DNA of 64,000 nt from Leucoraja erinacea. Lineage: Eukaryota. Both the position numbers and the translations under genes were made by a program. The DNA lies in NCBI RefSeq assembly GCF_028641065.1, contig NC_073384.1, forward strand, positions 44,392,001 through 44,456,000, given 5' to 3'. Shown here piece after piece: positions 51,505 through 64,000 of the stretch (position 1 is its first letter; each line of letters begins with the position of its first letter). The notes below the pieces were generated by a model, which had not been told where the DNA came from, did not search any database, and saw nothing but the letters and a program-made list of their open reading frames with translations.

Positions 51505-51953
51505 AGAGCTACCCTGCTTGAAATGGTATGAAACTGCATTTGAATGTGTTGGCCTTGCACCCTGCATGAAATGGTATGAAACTGCATTTGAATTTGGTGG
51601 CTTTGCACCCTGCAGGAAATGATATGAAACTGCACTTTAATTTGGTGGCCTTGCACCCTGCTTGGTGGCATGAAACTGCACTTGAATTTGGTGACCTTGC
51701 ACCCTGCATGAAATGGTTGGAAACTGCATTTGAATTTGGTTGCCTTGCACCCTGCTTGCGATGGAGTTTCAAGGAATAGCCGTGAGCCAACTGCCAGCCC
51801 ACCAGCCGTGAGTGAGCTGCCAGCACATCAGGCTTGAGTGACTGAGCTGCCACCCCAAGAATCCATATTGGAATTGATGGAGAGGTGGAATATTGCATTG
51901 GGGACCAGCTCTCCTGTGTGAACATGGGACCCAACGGGTCCCACTTAGTCTAG
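51505..51953 (+). mobile_element. Helitron-like 3' end carrying a minisatellite
   Basis: Hairpin TGGGACCC-AAC-GGGTCCCA (51925-51943), then CTAG (51950-51953) followed by T; sits within an older CR1-like fragment. Confidence 0.7.
51512..51760 (+). repeat. 48-bp minisatellite, ~5.2 copies
   Basis: CCCTGC unit starts at 51512, 51560, 51608, 51656, 51702, 51750. Confidence 0.95.
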
Positions 51954-53192
51954 TAACTAATATACCTCTGTCAGGTTGCCTCTCAGCAAAACAGTCCAAA
52001 TGTTTCCAGTCTTTCCTTGCATCTAATACTGTGCAATCCAGGCAACATCCTGGTAACCTTTTCTACACCCTCTCCAGAACCTCCTCATCCTTCCTTAGTG
52101 TGGTGACCAGAACTGCACACAATACTTCAAATACAGCCTAAATGAAGTGTTAGTTCATAGTAAATGAAGTTTAATTGTCCAAATGACAATTAAATATACT
52201 CTTGGTTATACAGTGGCCATTTATCTTCCTGACTTTTGTACTTAATGCCCTGACTGATGAAGGCATACACGCTGTACACCCTCTTTATGATGCTATCCAG
52301 TTGATCTGTGCTTCTGGACTATGGGGGGAGGCTTTATCAAAGCTTTACAAAAGTCCATGTAGAAAACATACACTGCCATTTTCATCATTTCCTCAAAAAG
52401 CAATCAAATATATGCCCCCCCCCCCCCCAAATCTACGCAAGACTCTACTGACTTTCCCTAATAAGTCCCTGGTTTCCCAAATGCGAGTATGTATTTCAGC
52501 AGAACCTCAAATCTTACATTGACTGAGCTTCACAGGCAATGTTTTAAGTAAAAACAAAGTATTGGAAACGTTGCAAATTGAAAGTAATAAAAAAGCCGAA
52601 CATGCTGAAAATATTCAGTTTTCATATGCTGAAAGAAAGTTTGACAGCAACTGCAGAGTAAGAAATGTTTCAAGTCGGTGATCTCTAGGCAAAGTGAGGT
52701 CATGATATAGAGTGAATAGTAGCTATTAAGGTTAAAAGGGAATGTTAGTACAAAGAATACAGTTAGAATATATGAAGAACAAATCAGAAAGCAGTATATT
52801 TGAAGAAATTGAGTTTTGAGGAGAGTTCTAAAGGTCGTGAGAGTAAGAGCTTAAAGTTCCCATGAGTAGAATTGCATTATGAAACGACCTCGGAGCTGCT
52901 GGACTTTTAAAGTAATTGTATTTAAAATGATTTAAGTATTAATTATTAATTTAGGCATACATATTATATTATACCAAATGTGGATTTTATGTCTGCTTGT
53001 AAGATTTAGTTCTGACATCCAATTCCAGTTAAAATATTAATTGATTTTCTTCTACTAGCCTATGGTGTGGTTGCAACAAATGCTGTTTCTATTTCCATAT
53101 TTTCTACATGGATTTCTTAAAATCTAATTTAGATCTTTAGTATAAATTCTTGTATTGACAGCTTCAATTCAGCTCATGTTATTTGCTTCCAG

Positions 53193-53447
53193 GAGACGCC
53201 ATTTCCTGGAAAATATTCCTCAAAACTTTATACCCAAGAAGGACTTCTAAATCCAGTGAAACGAACATTTAATTTTGAAAGGAAAGAGAAGAGCAGTTCC
53301 AGTACATCAACATCACAGTCAGGTGCACAGCTGACCAATTCTGTTCCGAGCCCATTACCCTTAACTGAGGTGCGGAGGAATACGTCTCCTTTGAGAGTTC
53401 TTAGAAGCACTACCAGACAGAAAACCGTGCACCCTGTACCTCAAAAG
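53193..53447 (+). CDS. STPG4: STPG4-like exon 3
   Basis: ETPFPGKYSSKLYTQEGLLNPVKRTFNF resembles the recalled human DTPIPGTY..LLNPV..TYNF; AG/GT boundaries; 255 nt. Confidence 0.85.
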
Positions 53448-53499
53448 GTATGGACATATGAATTTATTCTTCAATCAACTTAATGTTGCTGTAATAAAT

Positions 53500-54200
53500 A
53501 TGCGAAACAAGAGTAGTAGGTAACTTGGTCCTTCGAGCCTATTCATCAGGATCACATCTGACCTACCTCAAGCCTATTTTCATGCACTTTCCCCCATATC
53601 CCTCAATCCCCTTGCTATCTAGAATTCCATTATTCGCTGTTTAAGTGAACTCAATGACTGAGCCTCCACAGCACTCCTAGGTAGGGGATTACAAAGATTC
53701 ACACTATCCACATCCTCATCTCAGGCCTAAATGGCAAATCTGTTATTCTGAGAATGCCACCTAAGATTATAGACCCCAGCCAAGGGAAATATCCTTCCTG
53801 TGTCTGCAAGTTTTGGACTTTTAACAGAATTCTTCTCCTCATACAGCAAGCCACAGCTATCACAACCCCAACTAGTTTTGTATCGTCAGCAAATCTAGAA
53901 ATATAGCATTCACTCATTCCAGTCAAATTGTTGATATAGGTGGTGAATTGCTGCATTATCAATCCCTGTTCCACCCAACTAGTTTGTTCCTATTGTTTGC
54001 TTAATCAATTCTCAATCCCAGGTCAATCTCATCTCTATGTGCTCTATCTTTGTTGACCAACATCTCGTGTGGGCCTTTATTGAAACCTCTGTACAAATCC
54101 AAATACACCATATATGCTGGGCCCACTTATCCATTCTACTAGTCTCATCTTCAAACCACTCTATTAGATTAGCAAAACTTGTTTTTCTATTAATCCAGCC
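53500..54200 (-). mobile_element. Old CR1 LINE remnant
   Basis: ISRFADDTKL; NLIEWFEDETSRMDK. Confidence 0.7.
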
Positions 54201-56899
54201 AGACAGACCCTCCTCATTCCTATCGTTCATTTCAATGTTTTTGTTATTGTATCTTGTAATATAGATTCCAATATTTTCCATACAAATAGTGTTAGCTATC
54301 AGGTCCTTAACTAATGGGGTCTTACTTTCTATCTTCCATTTAATCTTACTTTCTAAATTCCTTTTCCACAGAAACAATTCCAGAATCTATAGTGTTTTGA
54401 AGGATAATAGCCAGAACATTCACCTTCTCTAACTCTGTTCTTCTGGGATGCAGATCATTCAGTGGTTTAGATTTATCCGTTTTTTGCTTCAGCAACTTTT
54501 TCCTAGTACTACTTTTTAACTAACACTTATTTTCTCCAATTTCATATTTTCACTTGAACCTCTGTCTCTGGTAATTCTGGTAAGTAGTAGGTGTCTTCTA
54601 CCGTGAAGGTGTTTAATTCATCTGACATTTCTTATTCTGCATTACAAATTCTCGGGCCTCTGAAAGGAACCAGCATTTGCATTGCATATCTTCATTATAC
54701 ATCCAGCTGTTATAGTCTGTGGGAAAAAAAGTGAACTATCAAAACCTCAAGAAAAGACGTGCCTGTTAACTCAGAGCAAATGGTTTGCAGCTGATATTTA
54801 TACTAGTACTACCTATTTATTCTGAGTTGCAACAAAGTGAATAATATTCTAGTCAGTCTCTAATTATTCTTTTATTACTTTCTTGCTTGGCCTCTATTAA
54901 TTAGAATTTGGCAGAAGATAATTATTTCCCATTTGTAATCTTTTCATAGAATAATTATTTCCCGTCTGTAATCTTTTCTCTTAAGTATTTTATATTTTCT
55001 CTAATGGATGCTAGAGGTGTTGGCTCACTGGTGCTGTTTAAGTTTCTCCTAAACAGTCACTCCTCGCTTCAATTCCATTGTGCTAAACAGCCATTCTTCA
55101 GGTGTGACCATGTATGATGAACGTCATTGTACTTTTTTTCCCAGCATCTGAGGAGGAAAAACAGCAATCAGCGCGTAATCCTGTTCTCATCCAGTGTCAC
55201 TTCCTTGCAAAGATCACTAGGTAGCAATAATTCTTTGGATTGGGAATGAAGGAATAACAGTGTTTCCATTGCTACCTTGTATCCAATAATCAACCTATCT
55301 GAACCTCTTCCTATCTGAAGTTGAATAGCTGTTTTATAAAACAGTTAATTAACATTATCATTCTACACTATAAGCAAATCTCTAGTCCTTTGGATGTAGT
55401 GTTAACTCTGATTCACCACATACAGATGCTTCCTGACCTGTTGCACAATTTCAGAATTTTCTCTTCAGATTCCAGCATCGGCAATGTTTTGCTTTTGAAA
55501 TGGATTATTCAACCTATTTCTCTGCAATTATATCTGCATCTGAGGATAAACCCTAAATCACTGTCACATATTTATTATGCTAACACAGCATTCTAAAAGC
55601 TGAAGACAATCCATGTTTCCTTCTCATCGTATTTTCAAAGTTATTCAGTATTTTTAAGAGCCTGTTTCTCCATAAAACAAAGTGGCTGTTTATTAATGCC
55701 TATGTCCCTGGAATAGTCACCAATTTCCATTGCCATTATTGCGTGTTTTATCTTTTGCAAGGTCAGCTACAACCAAGCTTTGGGCCTCAGTTACTCTAAA
55801 CTCACTAAACACACCATCTGGTGGGAACACACCACTATCCATCAGAAACAGATAGAACTAGGATGTCATTTCTCTATTCAAGGCTCCACCTGATTCACTG
55901 TGCTGGACCGGGACTCCAGATGGAAACATTGCCACAACATAAGTGAAGTAAGCAGGGACGGGTCAAAGGAGCAGCGTCTGTATTTCAACATTAAAATGGA
56001 GAGATAGAGCCACCCCACACACTGCAGAGTCTGATGATTCCTTTCATGGTGCAATGTTTTAAAATGCACCCACTGGATCTTGGTGCTTTCGGCTTTCTGC
56101 CTTTTGGTTTTCAGCTGAAACATGTAACCTTTGTTTTTACTATTTTTGATTCTAATTCACAGGGCAAGAGTTTTCACCATGTTGCATATTATAAAATTTG
56201 TAGCGGTTCAGTTTGGCTAATCCATTTTAATGAGAGTGAGATATTGGAGCTGCCAATTAGCTTTCATTCACTTACACAGTTGAATGAGTAATTTTTTGGT
56301 ACTGTAAAATATATAATTTATAATTATTTTGTCATGCATGTTTGAGACGTGGTCACTTCAGAATAGCAGATCATTTGATTAGACTCACTCCTAAACATAC
56401 TGTAATTTTTTTAAAGTGCTGGAAAGCGGGTCAGCAGCATCTCTGGAGAACATGGATAGGTCCTAAACATACTGTGGTCTGGTGCGAATTAAGATTGTCA
56501 TATTACTTTGGGCAATACTGAGCTGTTTTGTAAGTTGAGTCAATTTCTCTTTAATGACTGGATACACAGCCCAAAGCTCCACAGTGGACAAGCCTGACAT
56601 GCATTAATTTGCAGCATCTGTCATATTTAGTCATCCAGAAGCAGAGAAAAATAATATGCTGCAGTAGAAGTAAACCCTTCACAGGCATCTTCATCAAGAA
56701 AAAAATACTATGTTGTTTCTGACTAGAGTCTTGTGCTGTCATGTTTTGGAAAAAGCATCATGGTAGGAACAGAATTGGATTGAAGTGAACATTACGGATT
56801 TACAGCCACGATAGGATAGGGTTCCATATTTAATTAAAGCAATTGTGTAGTACAATTTATCGGTATGAAAACTCTGCAGTAAATTGGAGGTATTTGCTT

Positions 56900-58010
56900 T
56901 ATTTGATAAGCCAAGATCAGATGCATCAGTGCATAAAACATTCATTAGAATGCACTTGGAGTACCGTGTGTAGTTCCAGTCAACCAAATTTAGGAAGGAT
57001 GTTGTAATAAGGGGAATACTGAGGGGTTTGCCTGGATCAGAGGACTTTATTTGTGGGAGAGATTGGATGGGCTTGGCTAGTTTTCCTGGAGTAAAAGAAG
57101 CTAAGGGTAAACTGGAAGAGGTATATAATATTATAAGAGGCATAAATAGGGTAGATAGTCTGAATCTTTTTCCTGTGGTAGGGCTATCAAACATTAGGCA
57201 TTGAAGTGAGATGAAGGAGTTTAAATTCTAAAGATGTGCCCTTTTATTCTGAGGCGGTGTTGTCTGCTCCTAACTCTCCCACGAGTGTAAAACTCCTCTC
57301 CACATCCACTCTATCTAGGCTTTTCATTATTTGGTAGGTTTCAATGAGATTCCCCCCTCAAGCTTCTAAACTCCAGTGAGCATAGGCCCAGAGCCATCAA
57401 ACGCTCCTCATATGTTAACCCTGATATGTAATTTCTTTGTCAAAGGACATTGTTTGTCAGCATAGGAATCGGCTCTTTGGTCCACCATGTCCATCTGCTG
57501 TAATTTCATTTGCCTACCTTAGGTCTGTATCCTTCAATGTCTTGTCTATTTAAGTGTCTGTCTAAGTATCTCTTAAACATAGTGATTGTGCCAGATTCCA
57601 CCACCTCTAGCTAACGCATTGCCAATATCTATCACCCCTTGAGAGTCGAGACAAGAGTCAAGGGCATTTTATTGCCATATGTCCCAGATAGAACAATGAA
57701 ATTCTTACTTGCCGGGTAAACAAGCTCAGCCTATCCAGTTTCTCCCCCAAAATTGTCCTTCAATCTATGCATCATCCTGATGAATCTCCTCTGCACTCTC
57801 TCCAGCACATTCTTTCTATAATGTGGTGATTAGAACTGCACACAGTACTCCAAGTGTGGTCTAACTTTATGTTGTAAAGTTGCAACATAACATCTAAGCT
57901 CTTATATTCTGCACCACTCCATCAACCTGTTCTGCCAATTTCAGGGAACGATGGACTTGGACACCAGGTCACTCTGTTCATGAACATTCTTCAGTGTCCC
58001 ACATTTACAT
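56900..58010. mobile_element. Cluster of degenerate CR1 fragments on both strands
   Basis: CR1-type LEY.V.F motif on +; ccacatccactctatctaggc and ctgcacacagtactccaagtgtgg on -. Confidence 0.6.
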
Positions 58011-58079
58011 TTACCCCGGTTGTTGATCAGAGCCACCTGTGGTGCTGCTAACTTGGCTACAGTTGCTGCCTTTCTCTGA

Positions 58080-58420
58080 GACACACCACCACCTGCAATA
58101 GTATTCCCTCACTCGCAGCCCCCCCCCCCCCCCATACTCGCACAGTAGTCGTCCTGCTAGCTCCATTGTTTGCATCCATATATCCCTTCGTTATCACTCC
58201 TTCCACAGCCAACAATGGACTATTGTGGGCTCCACCTTTCCTTGGTCATCAGTGCCGGCTCTGATTTGTACTGAACCTTATCATGCTTCTACTTTCCCTC
58301 TCCCCTGATTCTCGGTCTGAAGAAGGGTCTCAACCCGCAACGTCACCTATTCCTTTCTTTCCATAGATATTGCCTGACCCGCTGAGTTACACCAACGTTT
58401 TGTGTCTATCTTCGGTATCC
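58080..58420 (+). mobile_element. Penelope terminal-repeat fragment with hammerhead-like motif
   Basis: GGTCTGAAGAAGGGTCTCAACCCGCAACGTCACC at ~58315-58348. Confidence 0.65.
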
Positions 58421-58732
58421 AAACCATAAACTGTTTGAGAGGGGAATGACCAGAGGGGATTCCTGCATTCTCTGCCTGTCCTGATGGTCATCCAACTTAA
58501 TTATTTCTATAACAATGGCAGGACCTTCTGTCTAAACGTACTATCTATCATATTTTCTACATCCCGGATACTTCACGGTGAGTCCATCTGGAGACTCAGC
58601 TGCTCTCTACAGTCTGAAAGGAGTTGCAACTGGATACAGTTCCAGCTGGTAGAATCACTAGAATCTTTGGAAGTGTCCCTGATCTCCCACATCTGGCAGG
58701 AGGACATACCATTACTCTAGCTTTCCATATTT

Positions 58733-59016
58733 CTTTTAGAAATACAGCATAGAAACAGGCCCTTCGGTCCACCAAGTCCATACCGACCAATGATACACTA
58801 GTTTTATGCTACACGCTAGAAACAATTTATTGAAGCCAATTAACCTACAAACCTGCACCACTTTGGAATCTGGGAGCACCCGGAGAAAACCAATGGAATC
58901 ACAGGGAGAATTCCTAACAGACAGCACCCATAGTCAGATCCGAGGTCTCTGGTGATTGATCCGAGGTCTCTGGTGCTGTAAGGCAGCAACTCTGCCATTG
59001 CGCAACTCTGCCACCC
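58733..59016 (-). mobile_element. V-SINE
   Basis: Same family as 6864-7180, with an internal duplication of gatccgaggtctctggtg. Confidence 0.8.
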
Positions 59017-59157
59017 CCATATCCTTGATCTACAGTCACTGCTACTAAACTAAGAGTAACAAAATCTATCCTTGTCACCAGATTTGGATAAGGTCCAAAA
59101 TAACCAGTTAATTCCATGATGTATTGATCCCAGAAACGGTCCCAAATTAATTCCATG

Positions 59158-59221
59158 AACTTGTTCTCAAACGCTACATTTTCCTGTTAATAACAAGAAA
59201 ATGTAGCTTTGAGAACAAGTT
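59158..59221. repeat. Near-perfect 64-bp inverted repeat
   Basis: AACTTGTTCTCAAA(C)GCTACATTTTC-C-TGTT AAT AACA-A-GAAAATGTAGCTTTGAGAACAAGTT. Confidence 0.9.
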
Positions 59222-60178
59222 TATTTCCTACAAGCTTTTCCTATTTTTCGATTAATTCTCCCACCAATTTTGGTGTTTTCAGTTGGGACCATAGGGTCAC
59301 GTCACATCTAGTCAATTGTTATCTTCACCCTATCTAGCTTTACAGAGTGTGGAGACAAAAACATCTCAGCAATTTTAGTGATCTAACTGGTTACCTTCCC
59401 TTTACTAAGAAATAAGCACAGAAATTATTTGTGTTTAAGAAATTTGAATGAGAAGTACGTAATAAGCTCAATTCAGAACATGGTTATAAGTCTTTCACTT
59501 CTTTGGAATAAATTTGGATGATCTACAAGAAGCTCTGATACAAAGCAATTACATGGTAGAGACATTACTACATTGTCACTGGGATGAGTTCATGCAACGT
59601 TGTTAGTCGAACACTGGTGAATTTCCTGTAATGTCCTTCCACAGTAAGTCATAGGATGTGGAGTTTTATAAAGGCAACAAAATGTTATACCATATATAGC
59701 AGAATGTAGCTGTAATTTCCTTTAAATCTGGTGATTCTTGAAATAAATTGTTAATTTGTAGATTAGAAGCTTTATTTGATTAATTTACCTGTTAATCAGT
59801 GGTGGCTGTAGGCTCTGTTTAGAGGCAACACAAAAGCACTGCAAGTCAACATTGGAATGCATCTGTCAAAGTGCATAAAATGAATTGTTCCAGTGTTAAG
59901 AACTACTGTGAAGTAACTTTAGACCTTCTTATATCTGCACTTCATTTGAAGATTGTAATTACTTTTAGTTTATTTTGCTGGTGGAGTAAATTAAACTGGA
60001 ACCTATGCAAATTTACCTATAGTCAAGAATGAAACAGAAACTGTACAGGAAGTAAAATCTTGCAGGAAATGAATAATAGCACATTTAGTAAGCCAAACAA
60101 CTTTAGACAATAGGAATTATTAATAACACGGTAAATTTATCTTCCATTTTGTAAAGATTTATCAATGAATTTTTGCAG

Positions 60179-60240
60179 GACAATCTTTCCGTGCAATCAT
60201 ACAACTTAAGATCTCCTATATTTGAAAAGCCATCAGCCAA
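60179..60240 (+). CDS. STPG4: STPG4-like exon 4
   Basis: ttttgcag|DNLSVQSYNLRSPIFEKPSA|gtaagt; phase 0 in and phase 2 out fit its neighbours. Confidence 0.7.
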
Positions 60241-60862
60241 GTAAGTGTGGCTTCACTCTTCAAGAAAGGTACAGAGCTAACAGGGTTAAACAAGTTACAG
60301 CTGTGAAGTCATTTTAGATAGATCAAATTTTGGTTTCTTCAGACATATTACACTGTTCTTTTCTCCTTGAAAGCAATGATACCATCATTTACTATCATCT
60401 TGCTGTTGCCATCTCTCAAGATGCCTTGCTTCATGTAACCACTATTGCCTCCTTTGCTAATACTGATCATATGTCCTGGTTTAGCCATAGTTTCCCATTC
60501 ATTTAAAAAAAAACCTCATTCTAATTAAATCATGATTACACAATAAACAATAATTTACCTCAATCCATAATTTACCAACATCAGCGGATCTGAGTTTTAA
60601 AGTGAATTCTGCAGTGAGAATGATCTTAAGCTTTTGTTAAATGTAAACTTTTATAATTTTATCCCAAAGTTAAAAAAAAAAAAAAACATTTATGGAAAGT
60701 GGGCATCAGTGGCAAAACTAACATTTATTTCCGTCCCCTGAATATCCTTGAGAAGATATCTGTGGCTTGCACAATGGGCCACATAAATATTAGTAACATA
60801 ATGGCCAGACGGGTAAGAACATAGATCAGAGCACAGTACAGCTTCGATTCACAAAGTCTGTG

Positions 60863-62145
60863 TCAAGAGTCAAGAGTGTTTTATTGTCATATGTCCTGAA
60901 ACGGAACAATGAAAGTTTTACTTGCAGCAGCACAACAGATATGTAAACATTGTACTCTGAAAAACCCATAATAAACATCAAAATAGTTCAATATATATTT
61001 TTCAAAAACCCCACAGATAAATAAATCAATGACAAAGGACATTTATTGTCATATACACCAATTGGTGTAGTGAAATTTGAGTTGCCATTGCAGCACACCA
61101 ATAAAATAAACGCAACATTAAAGAATTTAACATTAAAACTAAAAACATCCCACTACAATGGTTCCCACTGTGTGGGAAGGCAGCAAAGTCCCGTCCTCTT
61201 CCTCTTGTTCACCCATGGTCGGGCCTATTGAGGCTTCCGCAGTCGCTGCGAAGGTGGCCTGATGTTTCAGGCCCTCTCGCCGGATGATGGAGCTCCGGCA
61301 TCGGAAGAACACTCTCAGCGGCCTGGAGTGTCTGGAACGGACGCTGTCTACCAGAGACCGCGGCTCCCGAAGTCCACAGGCCGCACTGGTCAGAGCTCCA
61401 ACACTGGTAATCTCTGCGAGAGATCACAGGCTCCGCGGTGTTTAAAAGTCAGTGCCACCCATGACTGGACGCTCCGCGACCACAGCTCCGCTATGTTAGA
61501 GTCGGTGGTCTCAGCATTCTGGAGCTTACCACACGGCGGCCCTCGGTAAGGCATCGCCCGCTCAGCGATGGTGCTTCAGCGCTGCGCCGCCGCCGAAGCT
61601 GAAGTTCTGGCCGCTCCCGGCAGGAAACGCTGGTCTAGTCCCGTTGGTAGGCCGTGAGGAAGAGGCGAAGATGTGGCTCGGAGGAAAGGGACTGAGAAAA
61701 AACAATTTCCCCCTTCCCCCCCCCCCCCCATATAAAAAGACTAGAAAACCTCCAAGCCAAAACACACTAACACACTAAAAATAAAAAAAGGTTTATAGGA
61801 CGAAGAGTTGCAGGCAGGGGCGCCCCCACTCAACTCCAATAAAAGTGCAAAGTCAAAAATAATACCCCCGAGATGACATAGTTCAGTCTATTTGGAGGCT
61901 GAAGTGTTTAATAGCCTGATGGTTATAGGGAAGAAGTTGCTCCTGAACCTGGATGTTTCTGTTTTCAGGCTCCTATACCTTCCCAATGGCAGGCGTGAAA
62001 TGAGAGTGTGATCAGGGTAGTGTGGGTCTGATGATGCTGGCTGCCTTTTTGAGGCAGCGACTCATGTAGATCCCTTCGATGGTAGGGATCTACATGAGTA
62101 CCCATAATGCACTGGGCAGTGTTCACTACTTTCTGCGATCTTTGT
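60863..62145 (-). mobile_element. Rex-Babar 3' fragment with a nested GC-rich retroposon (~61035-61830)
   Basis: (CAAGAGT)n tail at 60863; QKVVNTAQCIMG on -; nested GC-rich body with a GACAATAAA tail. Confidence 0.7.
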
Positions 62146-62679
62146 TCCTGCCAATATAATATCATAATGCCAAGATAAACTGCCCTCATCTGCCTGCATG
62201 TGATCTATATCCCTCCGAATCGAAGGGATGGCAGATTTCCTTCGCTCAAGAACATTGGTGAGCCCGGTTGATTTTATGATAATTCCTATAAAGAGTATCC
62301 ACAATTGTAGTTATAATGTTTATTATGATATTAAACATTATTCATTGAAATATATGCTAAATTAAAATGATGAATTCATTTGACTAGTGACTCAGTGATA
62401 TCATTCTGCAAATAATGAAGTACCATTATCAATGAGTTTAGCTTCACATGTCTTCTGCTCTTTTCATTGCAGCAGTAGCTCTGGATCATTTAAATGTAAA
62501 ATCTACTTAGTTGTTCAATTCAGTGATACAATTCTGCTGATAATCCTAAACAATTTGACCTCTACTGTTTGGGAAATTGGTATTTTCTGTTGGAATTCAA
62601 CAAAGGTAATTTGGTGATTCTGATGATTTGAGCATTAAAATTAACGATGATAGTTAACAATCTTGTACATTTCTTGCAG

Positions 62680-62767
62680 GGTTAGTAAAGGCGGTTTCTT
62701 TTCACCAACCAGTCAAGGTTCATTTCGATCGTCTGTCAAGCGTTTTCCAACCATTTACTTTGTTCCT
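62680..62767 (+). CDS. STPG4: STPG4-like exon 5 (alternative in-frame start at 62713); gene continues beyond the window
   Basis: SFRSSVKRFPTIYFVP|gtgagt resembles the recalled human VFRSTVQRFPTTYFIP. Confidence 0.85.
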
Positions 62768-64000
62768 GTGAGTACCATGTAATATCACCAGTTGCTCACT
62801 TTAATGATCAGTTTGAAGTGGACAAGGCTTTTTCTTGAGTAAAACACGCAGTGTGCTGTAGTAACTCAGATTTATTCAGTAGTAATCAATAGTTGTGCAT
62901 CATCTGCTTCATCAGTTTATTAGGACATAGATAGTTAAAATTCAGTTTGAATGATTGCAAGGACATTTATCACTATTGTACAATGGGTCATCAATTAATG
63001 CAGGGTGTATCATTGCTGGGTGGCTCATAGCAGATTCTGCTGCACCTGGTAGCTGTGAAGAAATATAAAGTAGGCAAACATTTAGTTTAAGATATGAGGT
63101 TGCTTAAGCTAGAAATTAGTACCGTGGTTAGTGTATTAGTGTTTAAGTTGCGCTGTGGCCCTGTCCTAGTATTCTGAGTAAGTGGATTTTGGAGTCAAAT
63201 CTTTTCTGATGAATTGAACATTAAAATCAGCAATGAATACTCTTGTGCAGCACAAAGGGAAGGCATCTTGTTGGGTTTGGACAAGGTAGGCCGATGGGCC
63301 TGTTTCAGTGCTGTATAACGTTATGACTGGTTCATATGCTGAAGTGGGCCATGTACAATGAGTTTTTATTTCATTTTGAGGGTGGAAGGGTGTGTAGATT
63401 ATGATACATTTGCAGCCTGGGAATAGGATAGATCACAGCAGCAATGACCACAATTCTGATCATGTGGAGATAAGGAGATAAAATGATGAGGTGAAAGTGA
63501 GCGAGTTATTTCTTATCATAAAAGGTCTTTTGTACAAAGTTAAAAGGGCAAGTGCTATAGATATAATAAAATTGAGTTAATGGAAAATAGATAGTGCACC
63601 TTTGGCCTACATTTTACTCCACCTTTTCTTAAAAAGTGAAAGTGTACCATACAGTAAGTATAAACATGCTGTCCTTTGCACCAAGCTAAGAGTAAAGTTG
63701 CCTAACAATTACATCATAAACTCAGCAATTTATTTTATGTATACTTTTCAAAAATGATCAAGGATTGTTAAATTTGTTCATGGGATGTAGAAATTGCTGA
63801 GTTTGCAGGACCAGTCTTTGTTGTCCACCTCTAATTTCTCTTGAAATGAGTGGCTTGCTTAGCTATTTCATTTGTTTTCATGAGGCAGATGTTCCTAAGG
63901 CCTGGTTTCATGCCAGATCACATAAGAGCCACATTTCCTTCCCTGAAAGATGTTTAAAGCTAGATTTTGTTTTAATATCAGTCTAGTAGTTTCATGTCAC

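Noticed and set aside
51512-51760. CRISPR-like array
   Set aside because: Units are contiguous tandem copies with no unique spacers; eukaryotic context and no cas genes.
54915-54980. Short local tandem duplications (also ~4210-4260, 5435-5467, 7863-7897)
   Set aside because: Two-copy slippage-type duplications with no further structure.
55110-55152. C/D-box snoRNA (ATGATGA...CTGA)
   Set aside because: Boxes are only ~35 nt apart, with no terminal stem or recognisable guide.

Overview
This is vertebrate genomic DNA, inferred to be from a cartilaginous fish (probably a skate or ray) because of its repeat set: V-SINEs, CR1, Rex1/Babar, Penelope and DeuSINE-like remnants. All three host genes lie on the + strand. 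They are the last two exons of an unidentified single-pass membrane protein (2118-4714), a complete six-exon calmodulin gene with a CALM2-type 3'UTR and CpG-island promoter (37575-43448), and the first five coding exons of an STPG4/C2orf61-like gene (49910-62767, continuing past the window). The rest is dense, often nested transposon sequence. The most notable signals are: (1) a fully bounded P-element-superfamily transposon (10610-13947; ~31-bp TIRs, perfect 8-bp TSD, spliced but inactivated THAP-transposase); (2) a probable P-type excision footprint in calmodulin intron 1; and (3) many Penelope-derived short elements, often fold-back and TSD-flanked, that carry minimal dimer-type hammerhead ribozyme motifs. 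All calls come from manual reading and recalled family features; no database searches were run.
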